Assembly: GCA_024694125.1 (NCBI GenBank)
Contig: JAILKE010000063.1
Span: 6,564 to 70,563 of the forward strand
Direction of reading: 5' to 3'
Length of the DNA stretch: 64,000 bases
DNA from: Bacteroidales bacterium
Lineage (GTDB): Bacteria > Bacteroidota > Bacteroidia > Bacteroidales > UBA3663
The translations under genes and the position numbers were made by a program. The notes beneath the pieces were generated by a model. That model was not told the origin of the DNA. It searched no databases and was given only the letters and a program-made list of their open reading frames with translations. Positions 63,501 through 64,000 of this stretch are shown here, piece by piece. How positions within the stretch are numbered: the stretch's first letter is position 1; the number at the start of each line of letters is the position of its first letter.

Positions 63501-64000
63501 TGAGCGTAGCCAGGTAGAGGCGGTCGTTGTGACTGTCTTCTACCATGGCTTGCACCACTATCTCGGCATTGTAGTCCTTGAGTTCGGGCAGTTCGATGGC
63601 CTGCATCAGTTTGAGGTCGATGCACTCTATGCCGTTGGGCGGAAAGACCCACAACCTATTGTGCCTATCGACCCAGATGTGCTGGCAGTTGTGCCTGTGC
63701 AGCAATGAACGCAGTTGGTCCGTGGCAGGACGGTTCACGGTACGTTGCTCGGTATCGAACACGAACACGCCCATACCGTACGAACCGACCAGCAGTGTGT
63801 GTTCCTGAATGGGGTGGGGACGGGCCTCGGAGGTGCTGATCCACATCTGTGCACTGTCCAGTACGTACCGGGTCAGACTGTTCTCGGTGCGGCACAGGTA
63901 ATAGAGGCCATCGGAGGCACATATCCAGTGCATCCCATTGTAGTCCTCGTAGAGGCTGGTCACGTGGTTCTCCTGCAGGGCGTAGGGGTTGCCCTCCTGT
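60508..64000 (-). CDS. HTCS-like regulator (propeller/Y_Y_Y sensor, TM, HisKA, HATPase-like, HTH_AraC) lacking a receiver domain; 5' end beyond the window
   Basis: The frame stays open to the window edge (the ORF-track start at 63963 is GTG). Y_Y_Y (IRYSYYLEGYDKDWH), TM (WWAILIYTALTLIIVVAIINF), H-box FTLVSHEIKTPLT, N-box FFNLLSNAFKY, C-terminal AraC HTH (IAEVAYSVGFNSPAYFSANFTAYFKMTPKEF). Confidence 0.85.
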   Translation of the reverse strand, partial: QEGNPYALQENHVTSLYEDYNGMHWICASDGLYYLCRTENSLTRYVLDSAQMWISTSEARPHPIQEHTLLVGSYGMGVFVFDTEQRTVNRPATDQLRSLLHRHNCQHIWVDRHNRLWVFPPNGIECIDLKLMQAIELPELKDYNAEIVVQAMVEDSHNDRLYLATLSDGLLECDLSTLRIRQTDIPELKNLNMKALCLSPEGDLLLGTENQGLWRLRQGKTLEHITVDDCPVDLDRVKVHSIAYDDQQNLWLGIYQQGLLLIPSQKQLFSCHPIRTNGNQHNLGSVSSFAALSDGSRLYGLDGAGLMCEYPSGKTLHLDAHNSPLITNAVLSLASTQYNTAYVGTFNYGIYIFDGKSLRRDPHLQLLDKQSIMTMVYDSLTYNLYIGTNGDGIYSYQTQTHQLTRLSGEYHLLWIVSLALDKRHRLWASTEGSMVCFDMENGTRIVPKFRQAIRAYAYQEDPNGCIWIASNQGLLNYIPGMDSLRQVCVDGVPLKDDYAALLRSSDGKIWFTSNQGLHCYDPGKRVLIHYNDTEIASVGTFSYRSATMWPDGTLSFGGDNGALEFSADAVSAYQRPLPPIQFTRLWVNNKTTDYDPNLPADENILDQSLWKASRIHLPATSNNVSLSFAVREFSNPLGIRYSYYLEGYDKDWHEVLGQENTAVYSTLPWGNYTLHVKATMIQGNGSAQTQSNQIEIHIDAPWYASWWAILIYTALTLIIVVAIINFLRARAHQRRLIRRAEHNRQIKEAKLRMFTLVSHEIKTPLTLIISPLRRLIQRNNDNATQSVYEMMYRSSLRILMLITQQMDIRKIDNGQMHLHVREVQLRSFLSDIMLFFSNNALSRKIDFRLLLPDDEPEVTLCFDPDQLDKVFFNLLSNAFKYVNDTGQVLIKVFPDHQQRQVRIDIYNSGSRLDSDDSEMLFARFGRDGSESLGLSLANDLTELHHGHLTASNTNEGVTFSVTLLMGDSHFTAEEKKAIKRAPQSEQEQLELEARAIREDGSKETPDGKELIEMLSEELYEKQRMRERRSQLNLNIDEKPLTSADEKLLNRVAECINKNISDADFNVEDLAQQVGISRIHLNRKLKELIDTTPSTLIKNTRLKQGAFLLIQSNVSIAEVAYSVGFNSPAYFSANFTAYFKMTPKEFVNTYTEDRDNPELLKLLE

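Noticed and set aside
1-64000. Search for tRNA, rRNA, tmRNA, SRP RNA, transposases, integrases, phage or defence-system genes.
   Set aside because: I saw no T-loop or anticodon-arm-type sequence such as GGTTCGAATCC in the intergenic regions. I recognised no rRNA-like stretches and no ORF with transposase, integrase, restriction, Cas or toxin-antitoxin motifs. A proper scan with tRNAscan-SE or Infernal would be needed to be definitive.

Overview
This 64-kb segment reads as a Bacteroidota chromosome, most likely Prevotellaceae. The supporting signals are SusC/SusD pairs, TAnnTTTG -7 promoter boxes, lipoprotein signals and T9SS-type C-terminal tails. It holds three glycan-utilisation blocks. (1) 3-29.6 kb is a glucuronoxylan-type locus: two SusC/SusD pairs interleaved with three fasciclin (FAS1) lipoproteins, a ~1319-aa CBM-bearing surface protein, GH115, a GPH-family symporter, GH10, GH43 and GH67. 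(2) 29.7-36.5 kb holds a GH2 gene plus an outer-membrane beta-barrel gene, divergent from a large multi-domain secreted hydrolase. (3) 47.4-64 kb is a pectin-type locus: PL1 lyase, SusC/SusD, a DUF4957-like lipoprotein and two unknown surface proteins. It has a convergent HTCS-like regulator that lacks a receiver domain. Between the blocks lie an orphan HTCS-type sensor-domain gene, RNase R, and a membrane-anchored AraC regulator with a DNA-binding-less paralog. There is also an AT-rich accessory patch with a 5 x ~51-bp tandem array, a beta-helix adhesin-like gene and a 61-aa ORF. The strongest non-coding signal is that most of the larger intergenic gaps are built from short tandem word repeats (7-22 nt). 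Many of these start at or inside the stop codon. There is also a dispersed ~110-nt GCGTAAGTG element in two copies, and a consensus promoter plus terminator pair that delimits a candidate sRNA. I recognised no rRNA, tRNA, CRISPR, transposase or integrase. All functional calls come from motif recognition by eye and no searches were run.
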